Assembly: GCA_013239625.1 (NCBI GenBank)
Contig: MU053881.1
Span: 12,848,879-12,912,878 of the forward strand
Source of the DNA: Lama guanicoe
Taxonomy: Eukaryota
Reading direction: 5' to 3'
Length of the DNA stretch: 64,000 nt
The stretch's first letter is position 1, and each line of letters begins with the position of its first letter. The position numbers were made by a program, and so were the translations under genes. The notes beneath the pieces are model-generated. The model had not been told where the DNA came from, did no database searches, and worked only from the letters and a program-made list of their open reading frames with translations. Shown piece by piece: positions 51,486-63,373 of this stretch.

Positions 51486-52059
51486 TCCTTCATAAATCCA
51501 AATACATAGTATAGATTCCATGATGACAGGACCTCTAGCATGAAGTCCTGTGGCTTTCACTGTTGCTGGGACTATGATTTATATATAGAAGAAATCTGGT
51601 GATTGCCTGTTGGGCTGGTAATGAGTAGGCGTCTCCCTATGGAAAAATGGTGGGCTGAGGGGTTACGATGGCTAGTGTAAATATGGAGGCACTGATCTGT
51701 ACTTAGTAGGAATGTTCCTGAGATATGTCAGTAAGGAATGGTACTAAGGTATAGCTGATAACTAGCCAAGAAGGATGAAGATGGGATCAAGAAATGCTAT
51801 AGCAAATCAAGTACTAGACAAGAGAACTGAAATAGGATCTTTCAAGGAAGAGCAAGCATATTCAAAACAGAGAGCAGGACAAGGGAGAGGAGGAGGCTGT
51901 CCCTGTTATTGATAGCTTCCTGATGATAGAGGCTGTGTGTAGGGGTAGTCTTGCTTAAGGTAGGGTGAAAACTGATTTGAGCATGATAGGTGATTCTGAA
52001 TTACATTCATTCACTGAGATTACTTCATTGTTGTTTTAATCGACTAAGGTCTTAATTCT

Positions 52060-52265
52060 TTAATGCGTGAACTTTGGAATGAACCAGACTGAGGTTTATT
52101 TCTGGGTCTTCTATGTGTTGTGTCGGTCTTAGCATCCTCACTTGTAAAACAAGGGTAACAGTTGTACCTATCTGGTAAAGTTGTCAGGAGGATGATACAA
52201 CATGTGAAAATCTGAAGTGTCTGGAATCCAGTAAACATACCAGTAAGTGGTAACTTTGATAATTA
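52060..52265 (+). mobile_element. MIR SINE
   Basis: actttggaatgaaccagactgaggtt...cctcacttgtaaaacaagggtaacagttgtaccta...gttgtcaggaggat...catgtgaaa. Confidence 0.7.
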
Positions 52266-53753
52266 TGATCATATTTATACAATACTCACAGATTTAGGAA
52301 GATAAAGCCTATGATGTTTGGGACACTGATGCATCCATCAATTGTGTTAAAAAGTGCTTTGTTTACCTAGAGGTTCTGAAATTGGCAAATACTGCACTCC
52401 ACTCCAGTGCAGGTCTGTAAGAGCTTTCTACTTAATGTTACAGAAAGATGTATTAATTTTAGCTGTCACAGCTGGGTATTTATTAAATGTAGGCATTTCA
52501 TCAGCAAAGAGAGGAATTTCAAAAATACATGCAGGCATTCTCTTATATAACTAGGGCATGTAGGTTATTGACATTTCCTGTCCCACATGGGGTTACAAAA
52601 TCATGAACTTTGTAGGTAGACAGAATATATATACACTAAGCTCTGTAAGGGCAAAGATAGCATAATATAACTTATAGTCATTAAAAGGCATATTAGATAT
52701 ATGAAATGATGGTTGAGAGCAAGACTGTATATAACAAATTGCTAATTTTGTACAATAGGAAATAGCCAAAATTCGAATTTTGTGATTGCTAAACGATATT
52801 AAAGAGAGCTCAATAAGAGGCTAATGGTGGCTAGAAGAAGACAACTTCATGAGGAGCTGGGATTTTATGTGGGATTTGAAGCACAAATTGGTGGAGAACG
52901 ATGGAGGTGGCAATTTCAGAAAGGAGAAATGGTATCAGAAAAGGATTATAGAAAGCATGATCATATTGAAAAATGGGAGACAATGACAACCATCCATCTC
53001 CAAGGGGAGCTTGGCAGAGGAGACATCTGGAAGTGTGTTTAATTCCTGAAAATTTTGTTCAAGCTTCCTGACCACCCCAATAAGGACAGGGCTGGCATCC
53101 AGTAAATGGTCTGTAAAACACAGTGCTGTTATCTTAGTCATAACTTTACCTTGGCTTTTTCCTTTGTTTAAATCTGAAATTTATGGGTACTGTATTTAAA
53201 CTTTAAGGGGATAAAGAGAAATGAGAACAAATGAAGGAAGAAAATTAGGTTTAATCTTAAACCAACCATGTCTTCTCCCATCTCTAAAGATGTTCAGGCT
53301 CCTTCTCTACTAATTGGCCCTGTTATATATAATTTGACTATTCAGAAGGGTTTTTTTTTTAATTGGAGAAGGAGAATAAATGGAGAGCAAAATGCAGATG
53401 TTCAAGTATCAAGCCTCATTAATTAGATATATATATTAACTAACTCAAAAGACCACTTGCTGTGCCTTGGGGATTGATGGAGAGGTTAAAGAGGTTTTAT
53501 TTTATGTCAGTCTGTCAAGTTTTCTTAAATTTTATGGTAGGCCCAAACAGTATCATTCTGTAAATGTTCCAGTCTGGCATGGATAAAGCATCACCACTGT
53601 CTGATACTTAAGTCGTTTGCTTATCCAGTTGAAGTTTTTGAATATACACTTATTCTTTTGTCACCTTATTTATTTTTGCCATATTTACATGTCGAAAGCT
53701 TATTGATTACTTCGTATTTCTCATTAAATCAATTTTCTGGTTTATTAGATGTG

Positions 53754-56700
53754 TTTTTTAAATTGAAGCATAGCTGATTTACAATGTTTCAGGCATACAG
53801 CAAAATGATTCAGTTACACACACTTATACATATATAAATCTATCCTTTTTCAGATTCTTTTCCATTATAGATTATTCCAAGATATTGACTGTAGTTCCCT
53901 GTACTATATAGTAAGCCCTTGTTGGTTATCTATTTTAAATATGTTAATCCCCAATCTTAATTTATCCCTCCTCCCTCCCCTTTCCCCTTTGGTAACTAGA
54001 AGTTTGTTTTCTATGATTTTGTTTAATTTTTTGAAGAATCAGCTTATAGTTTCATTGATTTTTTTCTGTTTTTTTTTTTAGTCTCTGTTTCATTTATTTC
54101 TGCACTCATCTTTATAAATTCTTTCCCTCTACTAACGTTGGCTTGTTCTTCTTTCTCTCATTGCTTTAGGTGTAAAGTTAGGTTGTTTCCTTAAGATTTT
54201 TTATTTCCCGAGGTAAACTTGTATCACTGTAAATCTTCTGTCTTAGAACTGCTTTCGCTGCATCCCTAAGTTTTAGATCATCATGTTTTTGTTTTCATTT
54301 GTTTCCGGGTATTTTTTTTTTTTAATTTCCTTTTAGATTTCTTCAGTGATCCATTGGTTTCTTAGTAGCATGTTGTTTAGTCTCCACATATTTATGTTTA
54401 TGTTTTTTTTGCAGGTTTTTTTTTCTTTATGGTTGATTTCTAATCTCATAGTGTTGTGGTTGGAAAACATGCTTGATATGATTTAAGTTTTCTTAAATTT
54501 ACCATGGCTTGTTTTGTGGCCTGGCATGTGTTCTGTTCTGGAGAATGTTTTATGTGCATTTGAAAAGAATGTGTATTCTGCTGCTTTCAGATGGAATATT
54601 GGAATTCTATAAATATCCATTATATCCATCTGGTCTAATCCATCATCTGAGTCCTATGTTTCCTTATTGATTTTCTCTCTGAATGGTCTGTCCTTTGATG
54701 TGAGTAGGGTATTAAAGTCCCCCTAGTATTGTTCTACTGTCAGTTTCTCCCTTATGTTTGTTAGCATTTGCTTTATATATTGAGGTGCTCCTATGTCGGT
54801 GCATATATATTTATAATTGTTACATCTTCTTCTTGGATTGATGCCTTGATCATTTTGCGGTGTCCTTCTTTGTCTCTTGTAACAGTCTTTATTTTAAAGT
54901 CTATTTTGTCTGATATGAGTATTGCTGCTCTGGCTTTTTAAAAAATTTCCATTTATGTGGAATACCTTTTTCCACACTCTCACTTTGAGTCTGTATGTGT
55001 CTCTAGATCTGAAATGAGTCTTTTATTGGCAGCAAACATAGGGTTTTGCTTTTGTATCTGTTCATCTGTCTTTTGGTTGAAGCATTTAGTTGGTTTACAT
55101 TTTCTAAGTTAATTTTTGATGTGTATGTTCTTATTGCCATTGTTTTGGATTTTTGAAGGTTTTTCCCCCTTCTTTTGTTCTCTTCTCTTGTGATTTGGTG
55201 ACTATCTTTAATGTTATATTTGGGTTTCTTTTTCTTTTGTGTGTGAGTATCTCTTGTAGATTTTTGGTTTGCAGTTACCATGAGATTTTGGCATAGCAGT
55301 CTGTTTATGTATACATGATTGCTTTAAGTTGCTGATCTCTTAATTTCAAATGCATTTAAAATACCCTGCAGTTGTCCTCTTCTCCTTCATAATTACTGTT
55401 TTTGATAACATGTTCTATGTTTAACTTTTTGTGTACTCCTTAACTGCTTGTTTTGGATGCAGATGATTTAAACTACTTTTGTTTTTTAACCATCCTCCAA
55501 GTTTGTGTGTGGGTAATTTGCTGCCTTTTTGTATGTTTGCCTTTACTGGTGAGTTTTTCCATTTTATAGTTTTCTTTTTTCTAGTTGTGGCCTTTCCTTT
55601 CCAAATAGAGAAGTTCTTTGGCATTTGTTGTAAAGCTGGTTTGGTGGCTGAATTCTCTTAGTTTTTGCTTGTCTGTAAATCCTTTGATTTCTCCATGAAA
55701 TCTGAACAAGAGCCTTCCTGGGTAGTATATTCTTGGTTGTAGATTTTCCTCTTTCATCACTTTAAATGTATCGTGCCCCTTCCTTCTGGCCTAGAGTTCC
55801 TACTGCAAAATTAGCTGAGAGTCTTATGGAAATTCCCTTGTATGTTACTTGTTGCTTTTCCCCTGCTGCTTTTAATATTCTCTCTTTATCTTTAAGTTTT
55901 GTCATTTTAATTGTAACATGGCTAGCTGTGCTTCTCTTAGGGTTAAGCCTGTATGGGACTCTCAGTGCTGTCTGGACTTGGGTGACTGTTTCCTTTCCCA
56001 AGCTAGGGACATTTTCAGCTATTATTTCTTTTGGCCCTTTCTCTCTCTCCTTCTGGCACCCCTGTACTACAAATGTTAGTGTGCTTCATATTGTACCAGA
56101 GATATCTTAAATTGTCCTTAATTCTTTTCATTCTTTTTTCTGTTCTGAAGTAGTGATTTCCACTACTCTGTCTTCTAGCTCACTGATCCATCCTTCTGCC
56201 TCATTTAGTCTACTACTGATTCCTTTTAGTGTGTTTTTTTGTTTGTTTCAGTTATTGTAGTCTTCAGCTCTGTTTGTTTATTCTTTATAACTCTTTGTTA
56301 AAAGTTTCTAACTTCTTATTCTGTCCACCTGTTCTCCCGAGTTCTCTGATTATCTTCACGATCATTACTTTAAACTCTTTCTTGGGTAGATTGTCTATGT
56401 CTACCTCACTTAGTTCTTTTGGGATTTTATCTTGTTCCTTTGCCTGGAACATATCCCTTGGCTGCTGCATTTTTCTAAATTTCTATTTGTATCTTTATGT
56501 ATGTGCTAGTTAGTTATGTTTCTCAACCTTGGAGAAGTGCCCTCTATAGGAGATGTTCTGTGCATCCCAGCAGTGCATGCCCATTTCAGTAAGGACCAGA
56601 GGCCAGCTGGTGCCATAGCAGAGTCTGGCCATCATTTGTGGACTTGTTCCACAGCTGTGGAGTCATTGTTTTTTTGCTTCTGGTATCTGCCCCCTGGTGG

Positions 56701-57570
56701 GTGAGGCTGGTTTCGAGGCTTGTGTAGGTTTCCTGGAGGGATATGCCAGAGCCTGCCTGCTGGTGGATGGAGCTGGGCCCTGGCCCCTGGTGGGCAGAGC
56801 TGTGTCTAGGGACATGTCTAGAGGCAGCTGTGGACTCAGAAAGTATGAGGAGTGGGGCTGTGTTCCCAACCAATTAGTTGTTTGCCTTGAGTTGTCCCAG
56901 CACTAGAACCTCCAGGCTGTTGGGTGGGGCCAGGCCTTAGGCTAATGAGCCAAGCGCGTTATCAGCCTCCAGAAAAGTTCATGCATGTGAATACTCCCCG
57001 AATGCATAACACTAGCTTTTATGCCCCCAGAGTGAGCATAGCCATCCCTTACCTCCCCAGGAGACCCTCCACGACCAGCAAGCAGGTCTGGCCCAGGCTC
57101 CTGTGAAATCAGTGCTTCTGCTTGTGGTCCTGGTGCACATGAGATTCAGTGTTCACTCTTTAAGAGTGAAATCTCTGTTGCTCCCAGTTTTGTAGAGCCC
57201 TACAGTTAAGCCCCCCTGGCCTTCAAAGCCAAATGCTCTGGGGGCTCCTTCTCCCAATACAGGACCCCTGGGCTGGGAAGCCTGATGTAGAGCCTTAACT
57301 CTGACTCCTCTGGGTGAATCTCTGCAATATATTTATTCTCCAGCTTGTGGGTCACCTACCTGGAGGGTGTGGGACCTGATTATATCATGAGTGTGCCCCT
57401 CCTACCATTCCACTGTGGCTCCCTCGTTACATCTCCAGTTGAAGGAGAGCTTTTTTGGTAGGTTCCGGTCTTTTGTCAATGGTGGTTCAGCAATCGGTTT
57501 TGGCTTTGTTTTGTTCTTGAGAGGAGGTAAACTTAAGGTCCTACTATTCTACCATTTTGACAAGACCTCT
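53754..57570 (-). mobile_element. L1 with intact 5' end, decayed ORF1, long inter-ORF spacer and ORF2 endonuclease region joined directly to the terminal ~260 nt of 3' UTR
   Basis: ORF1 remnants 56285..56470 (DMFQAKEQDK...LPKKEFKVMIVKII) and 55762..56001 (RVPYRLNPKR...KERILKAAGEKQQVTYKGISIRLSA). ORF2 start in 55003..55281 (MAIRTYTSKINLENVNQLN). YY1-like CAAAATGG (57552-57559, minus) near the 5' end. 3' UTR 53760-54015. Confidence 0.93.
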
Positions 57571-58109
57571 AAATAAATGTATGTTAAAGGAGGACTTTAT
57601 GCCACGAGTAGGAGTGGAAGGCAGTATTGTTTGCTCTGAAGAGAAAATACGTACTAGGCAGGTGTAATAAAACCAAAACATTATTGAATTCTGTCTGTAA
57701 ATGTGGTTACTTCCTTAAAATTCTGAGTCAGAAATCCTCTCTCTTTTAGTTAAGCAAGATTTGTAAAAGGAAGAATGATATAATAAAAAGGACATAAAAA
57801 TTTCTCATGATGTGATTCAATACTATTTAATGCTGTGTCCAGCCACTGTGTAAAGCCATCTGGCTTACCGCTGGTACTGTGAGAGACAGTAATGAAAAGA
57901 CAGCCAGAGTGATATGAGTCTTTTGTTGCCCAGCTGGGCAGCGACACAGTTCTGTTTTGCATATGTCACAAGCTTTGTATTGACTCAAAATCCCTATTCT
58001 GTACTGTGACATTGATAGTTTATACTAAGTAATTTTGTAAGATTATTATTTTGCTGTATCACTATTACTTTAATACTCTGTGGCATTTTAACTTTACTAA
58101 AACTGGTCC

Positions 58110-59360
58110 AGTCATTTATTTACTGAGTTATTAAACAAATATCCATTTAGGGTCTATCATGTGCCAGACTCTTCTAGGTACTGGAAATTCAGTAGATAAA
58201 CAAAACAGACAAAAAGAAATCCCTGCCTTCATGAAAACAAATAATTAGCAGGTAAGTAGGTAGGTAGGTAGATAGATAGACAGAGATAAAGGTAGTGATC
58301 AATGTTATAAAGGAATGTAACCTAGGAAAAGGGGGCAGGAAAGTGCTCAAAGAAAGAGTGATATTTGATTTAAGACCTGAATGAGATGAAGAGTAGAATT
58401 GATACATGGATGTTAAATATTTTGGAGAAGAATATTCCCAGCAGAGGAAAGAATGAACATAAAACCCTTAGGTATCAAGATGTAGCAAGGATGTCAGTGC
58501 TGCTGGAATACAGTGATGGAGAAAAGGGGAAGAGAGAGTGTCAGAGAGGTAATGAGTAGCTAAATCATGTAGGGTCTTGTGAGGCACTGTATAGATTTCG
58601 GCTTTCCCTCTGAGTGAAATAGTAGTTATGCAAGGTTTGGGAATACGTTCTGACACACATTTTAAATGATCGTCAGACTGCTGTGTAAATAATGGATTAC
58701 CTACTGTTAAGAGACTGTACAGTAGCTAAAGATGGGGAAACAATTATGTAGCTATTGCAGTGATTCAGGCAAGAGGTATTGTTAATTTGGACCAGAGTGG
58801 TAATGTCAGTGATGAGTTTTCTCAATATATTGAAAAGTAGACACAATAGAATTTGCTGGTTGATTGAAAATCAGGAATGAATCCAAAGGTTTTAGGAGCC
58901 TGGCTTTACGCCTTAGGAGCCGGAAGAATGGCATTCCCATGAACCAAGCTAGGTAAGGTTATGAAAGGAGCAGATTTTGGTGGGATGGTGGGGGTAAAAT
59001 GAATAACTCAGTTGTAATAGAATAATTTTGAAATGTCTGTTATTGGACATCCAGTTGGAGATATCAGATAAAACAGTTAAACATTTAAAGGTGAAGCTCG
59101 TAGAAGGAGTTTGGATTAGAATACTAAATTTGGGAGGCATTAGTCTATAGATTGGATTTAATACAAGACTAGATGAAATCCATAAGGTAATGAGCATAGA
59201 TAAGGTTAGAAAAGAAAACTTAGAACTGAGCTTTGCTTAATGGTTGAGAATATGAAGTGAGATGAGCAAAGGTGGAAGAGTGACAGGCAAGGTAGGGGGA
59301 TACCAGGAGTATGTAGTGTTCGGAAAGCCGAGTGAAGAAAGTTATTTAATGAGGATGGAT
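58110..59360 (-). mobile_element. L2a-like fragment (~1.2 kb)
   Basis: catttatttactgag...ctatcatgtgccagactcttctaggtactgg...atccctgccttcatg...tagctattgcagtgattcaggcaagagg...ggacatccagttggagat...ggaaagccgagtgaagaaag. Includes an (AGGT)(AGAT) run at ~58250-58280. Confidence 0.9.
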
Positions 59361-60029
59361 GCTTTCTCAGTTAAACAGGGATTGGTATCAGATTTGAACC
59401 CAGGTCTATAACCACTTCAAAAATTCTTGCCTTTGCTGGCATATTTACCAATGCAGACAAACCTGCGGTTATGTACAATGAAAGACAAATGTCTCTTTGT
59501 GTTCCTGATTCTTTGTCTCAGTCAGTTTACCTGCACAAATCAAAACAGCGTTGACTTTCAGATGAGTTCAGTAGCTCAAAATGTATTGTGATGTACAGTA
59601 TTCCTGCCTTTCTCCCCTTCATCTATGTAGGATCACACCAATTTACTTTGATGTTGCATTAGCAATCAGAGATTGTGGCAGCTTCATCTGTATTATACAC
59701 ATGTCCTTTTATGCAATAATAAGGTGAGAAAATTATGATTACAGGATGTCTTCAGTAATAGACACTTGAAAACTGGAATGTCTATCAAGTGTTGTCATAT
59801 CCCTAATTAAAAATGTGCTTGGATTTATACAAAAACGTTTGCTGATAACTAAGATATTCTTCCGTCTTCCCTGGTGTGTGTTAATCATACTCCTGGTGTA
59901 TGTTCAAAGAATGATGGAAAAAGTTATTTTTTTTTAAAGAGGTGAAGAAAAAACCTGATAGGTTGATAGCAAAATGTTTGTCAAAAATACACTTATCAAG
60001 TATGGAGCAACGTTCAATCCCCAGTGTGA

Positions 60030-60265
60030 GATAGTGAGGAGGTCTGCACATTCAAGCTGGAAGACCACTTTTGAATCCCAGCTTTCCTACTTAGTAGCTG
60101 TGTAACCCAGAGGAAATACTCAGTCGCCTGGGCTCTCTTTTTAAAAAATTGATCTGTTTAATTAATTGGTAATTATATTTGCTTCAAAATGTTTTTCATT
60201 GAGTTTAATAAGTTAAATGAAGGAAAAAGTCATAGTTCAGTATCCGAAATAATAAATATTAAATT
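60030..60265 (+). mobile_element. MIR SINE
   Basis: tttgaatcccagctttcctacttagtagctgtgtaacc. Confidence 0.7.
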
Positions 60266-60323
60266 TGTTAAGATATTTTATGATTTTTTTTTGTTGTGGG
60301 GCATTAAAAACCAACTTTTATTC

Positions 60324-60532
60324 TTTTTTTTTTAATTGAAGTATAGTTGATTTACAATGTTGGGTTAGTTTCTGGTGTACAGCATAGTGATTCAGTTTTA
60401 TGTATATATATATTCTTATTTTTCGATTTCATTATAGGCTATTACAAACTGTTGAATATAGTTTCCTGTGGTGTGCATTAGACCTTGTTGTTTATCTATT
60501 CTGTACGTAGTAGTTTGTATCTGCTAATCCCA
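60324..60532 (-). mobile_element. Short L1 3' end (cetartiodactyl type)
   Basis: (T)10-aattgaagtatagttgatttacaatgttgggttagtttctggtgtacagcatagtgattcag...gtttgtatctgctaatccca; homologous to 53760-54015. Confidence 0.93.
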
Positions 60533-60611
60533 TCTGATGATGTCTTTTTAAAAGAGTTCAACAGCAAGAATAGCCACTTATTAATGGCTATTTATTACTA
60601 ACCTATGAAAG

Positions 60612-60720
60612 ACATTAAATATATAATATATGTAATTTATATATAAGATAAATATAAATATAATGATAAATATATAATTACCAGTGACATATATAATAAT
60701 AACAGACACACATATATAAT
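60612..60720. repeat. TA-rich low-complexity tract
   Basis: aaatatataatatatgtaatttatatataagataaatataaata... Confidence 0.8.
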
Positions 60721-60764
60721 CATTTTAAAGAGGTAGGGAGACCTCTTTTATTTTAAGATAGTTA

Positions 60765-61115
60765 TTAAATATACAGCCATTAGAACCAGACAGTTGGGTA
60801 TAAAAATGACTCTCTCATCTATCAACTTTGTGACTTTGGGTAAGTCACCCAAACTTTAAAAGCCTTAATTTCCCCCTCTATAAAATGGGCATGTTAGAAC
60901 TTGCTTTATTGTGTTTTTCTGAAAATTAAATGATATATGTTTAATATAGTGCTTTGTAAATAGTGAATATTCAATGGGTACTAAGCATTTCTATTATCTT
61001 CTCTTAACCACTGAGATAACAGAGATTCAGTTAAGTATCTTGCCTTTGTTCCCACAGGTATAAGTTAGCAGAATCGGAATTTGAATTTGCTTCTGTACAA
61101 CTATAAAACTCATAC
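60765..61115. mobile_element. Two MIRs (+ ~60765-60995; - ~61000-61115)
   Basis: tgtgactttgggtaagtcac...gccttaatttccccctctataaaatggg and agattcagttaagtatcttgcc...gaatttgaatttg. Confidence 0.75.
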
Positions 61116-61489
61116 CCTTTTCCTTCAGCACACAACAGTTAATTCACATTTCTGATTTATCTTTCCCATTCACGGAGCTTTCTCTTTGTGCCCTCATCTA
61201 TCTGGTTCCTAAAATGACTATCTTCTAGTACTATATATTTTAATTGTGGATCACCAGTAAAAAAAAAAAAAAAAAAAATCCAAACCTCTAAATGCAAGGA
61301 TTCACATTTACTTTTAGTTGGCTCTTTCTAAAAATCAGACTTGAAAGCATTAGGAGGGTCTTGATGTGAGAATAAAATCATAGAAGGATATTAATGCAAT
61401 CCATTGACAGTAAGCATAATATTAGGATCCATGGAAAAATATGTAGAAAATTTGCATATAAATAGTTTTCATGAGCAAAATAACATGAG

Positions 61490-61680
61490 CCAGTAATTAT
61501 ATGGTGATTTTGCATTTACTGTTATTAAAATTATAAATATTATTTCAACCTCACAAAAATTTAGTGAGGTAGGTTAGAGTAGACAGTAAAGAAACTGAGG
61601 CTCTGGGGAATTAACAGGGTTGGGCCCATACTGAAGAGCTAGTAAGTGTCAGAGCTGAACCCACGCTGCCTGACCATGGG
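61490..61680 (-). mobile_element. MIR SINE
   Basis: cctcacaaaaatttagtgaggtagg...aaagaaactgaggctctggggaattaa...gctagtaagtgtcagagctgaaccca. Confidence 0.8.
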
Positions 61681-62684
61681 GGTGCGTCTTCAGGGCATCA
61701 CTCTTACCAAGCCCAAGAACTTTAGGCAAGAAGTAAGCAGTATTTTGTAACTCGTTCACGTCCAGTTTTAATACTGGTACATTTTTTTCCCCAAATGACA
61801 TTCACTTCAAAAACAAGTAGGGAGTCGAATGACATTTGAAATAAAGAGCAGTCATTGTTCTTTATGCTTATTTAATGTTGACATAATGAAGATAGAAGAA
61901 TGTAGGGTAAACAGTTGTTATTTCAAGGGATCCAGAGTGTATTTGTATATGTCAAATGAAGCTTCAACTATATAGGGTTCACGTTACGACATGGGAATAA
62001 ACCTTGACATGACCTGAGGTGGTGGGAAGGTTGTTTCCCTGTGCTTCATCCACCTTTGGTGAGAAATACATTCATGTCATCACTCAGACTTTATTTGACG
62101 GCTGTTACTTGCATTCTTCCCTGCCATACTTTTTCTGTACACCTATTAACACCTTAAAATAAATAACAGTAAGAAAAATAAGTAACAGTAAGAAAATAAA
62201 ACACTGTGTGATATATCCTCAGTCCTGAAGATCCTGTGGCATGGAAAGGAAAATATGATTTGCTTCTCTGCACACCAAAGGCTCTTTATCAGAAAGAAGT
62301 TTCCGACAGCTGACTGGAGATGACTCCTAAACTCTGACCATCCCCAAAGGGGAAAAAAAAATCACTTCATCAGAATGACAACTGGATATACCATGTGCTG
62401 TTCTGTGCTGTGATTTCTATGCCATGGCTCTTCAGTTTTTAATCAAAATCTCTGGCTTGTTGCCCTCCGCTCTGAAAATTCTGATTCTGTTTATCTACAG
62501 GTTATCCACTCTGAGTCACAGTGCTGATAAAGATAACAGAGGGTCATTAGATAAATCAGTGACTGAAAACTGTTGCTATCTGCAGGATGAGATAGAATCT
62601 GGAAGACAACGTAAACAATACTATTCTCATGCTTTACAATATGGGGAACAAAATGTGGGGGTTAAACATTTAGGCTCTGGGATG

Positions 62685-62688
<4 letters not shown>

Positions 62689-62721
<33 letters not shown>
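62689..62721. repeat. Poly-T tract
   Basis: About 33 consecutive T; the source of the poly-Phe in ORF 62424..62831. Confidence 0.95.
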
Positions 62722-62725
<4 letters not shown>

Positions 62726-62764
62726 CTTAGCCTCTCAATTCCTTCAACTTTCTGAGAATCTTTA

Positions 62765-63360
62765 TATCTGGTACTCTGTTCTGAAATGTACTTCATCTGA
62801 TGTTAATAAAAGCACTTCTGCTTTTTCTTAGTTTTAGTAAAATACTTTTTTATCCTTTTACTTTTAACTAACTTGTGTCTTTACATTTAAAATACATTTG
62901 TTTGAGGTAGCACATAGAGTGCCAAATCTGACAAGGTTTCACTTTTAATTGGGATATGTAGACCACTTATATTTAATGTGATTATTGATATGGTTATATT
63001 TAAATCAATCTTCTTGTTATTTTTCATATGTTTTGTTATTCGAATTTTATTCTTTTTTCTGCCTTCTTTTGAATTTGCATATATTTTAAATGTATCTTCT
63101 TTACATTGTTGACTCATTTGCTCCAATTCTTTTATTTTAGTAGTTGCTTTAGGATATACAGTATATATTTGATCTTAATCACAGTTTATTTTGAAATGAT
63201 ATTATACATTTCCATGCATAGTATAAGAATCCTAAAATAATATACTCTTATTTCTTCCCTCCAGCCCGATACTGTTGTCAGTTATTTTACTTTTACATGT
63301 TACAAACCTCATATTTTACTATTTTGTTTAAAATTTATTTACCTTTTAAAGAGCCTTAAA
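62765..63360 (-). mobile_element. Old L1M fragment (inter-ORF region + ORF2 endonuclease N-terminus)
   Basis: ORF 62887..63126(-) contains DLNITISIITLNISGLHIPIK, matching the L1 ORF2 start motif ISIITLNVNGLN.PIK. Confidence 0.85.
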
Positions 63361-63373
63361 TATTATCAAAATC

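Noticed and set aside
53745..57586. TSD for the long L1 (tagatgtgtt vs taaatgtatgtt)
   Set aside because: The match needs a mismatch and an indel in AT-rich sequence, so it is not used as evidence.
1565..62518. Frequent AP-1 heptamers (TGA[C/G]TCA)
   Set aside because: They are scattered rather than clustered. About eight are expected from base composition alone, and more given the TG/CA excess of methylated genomes.
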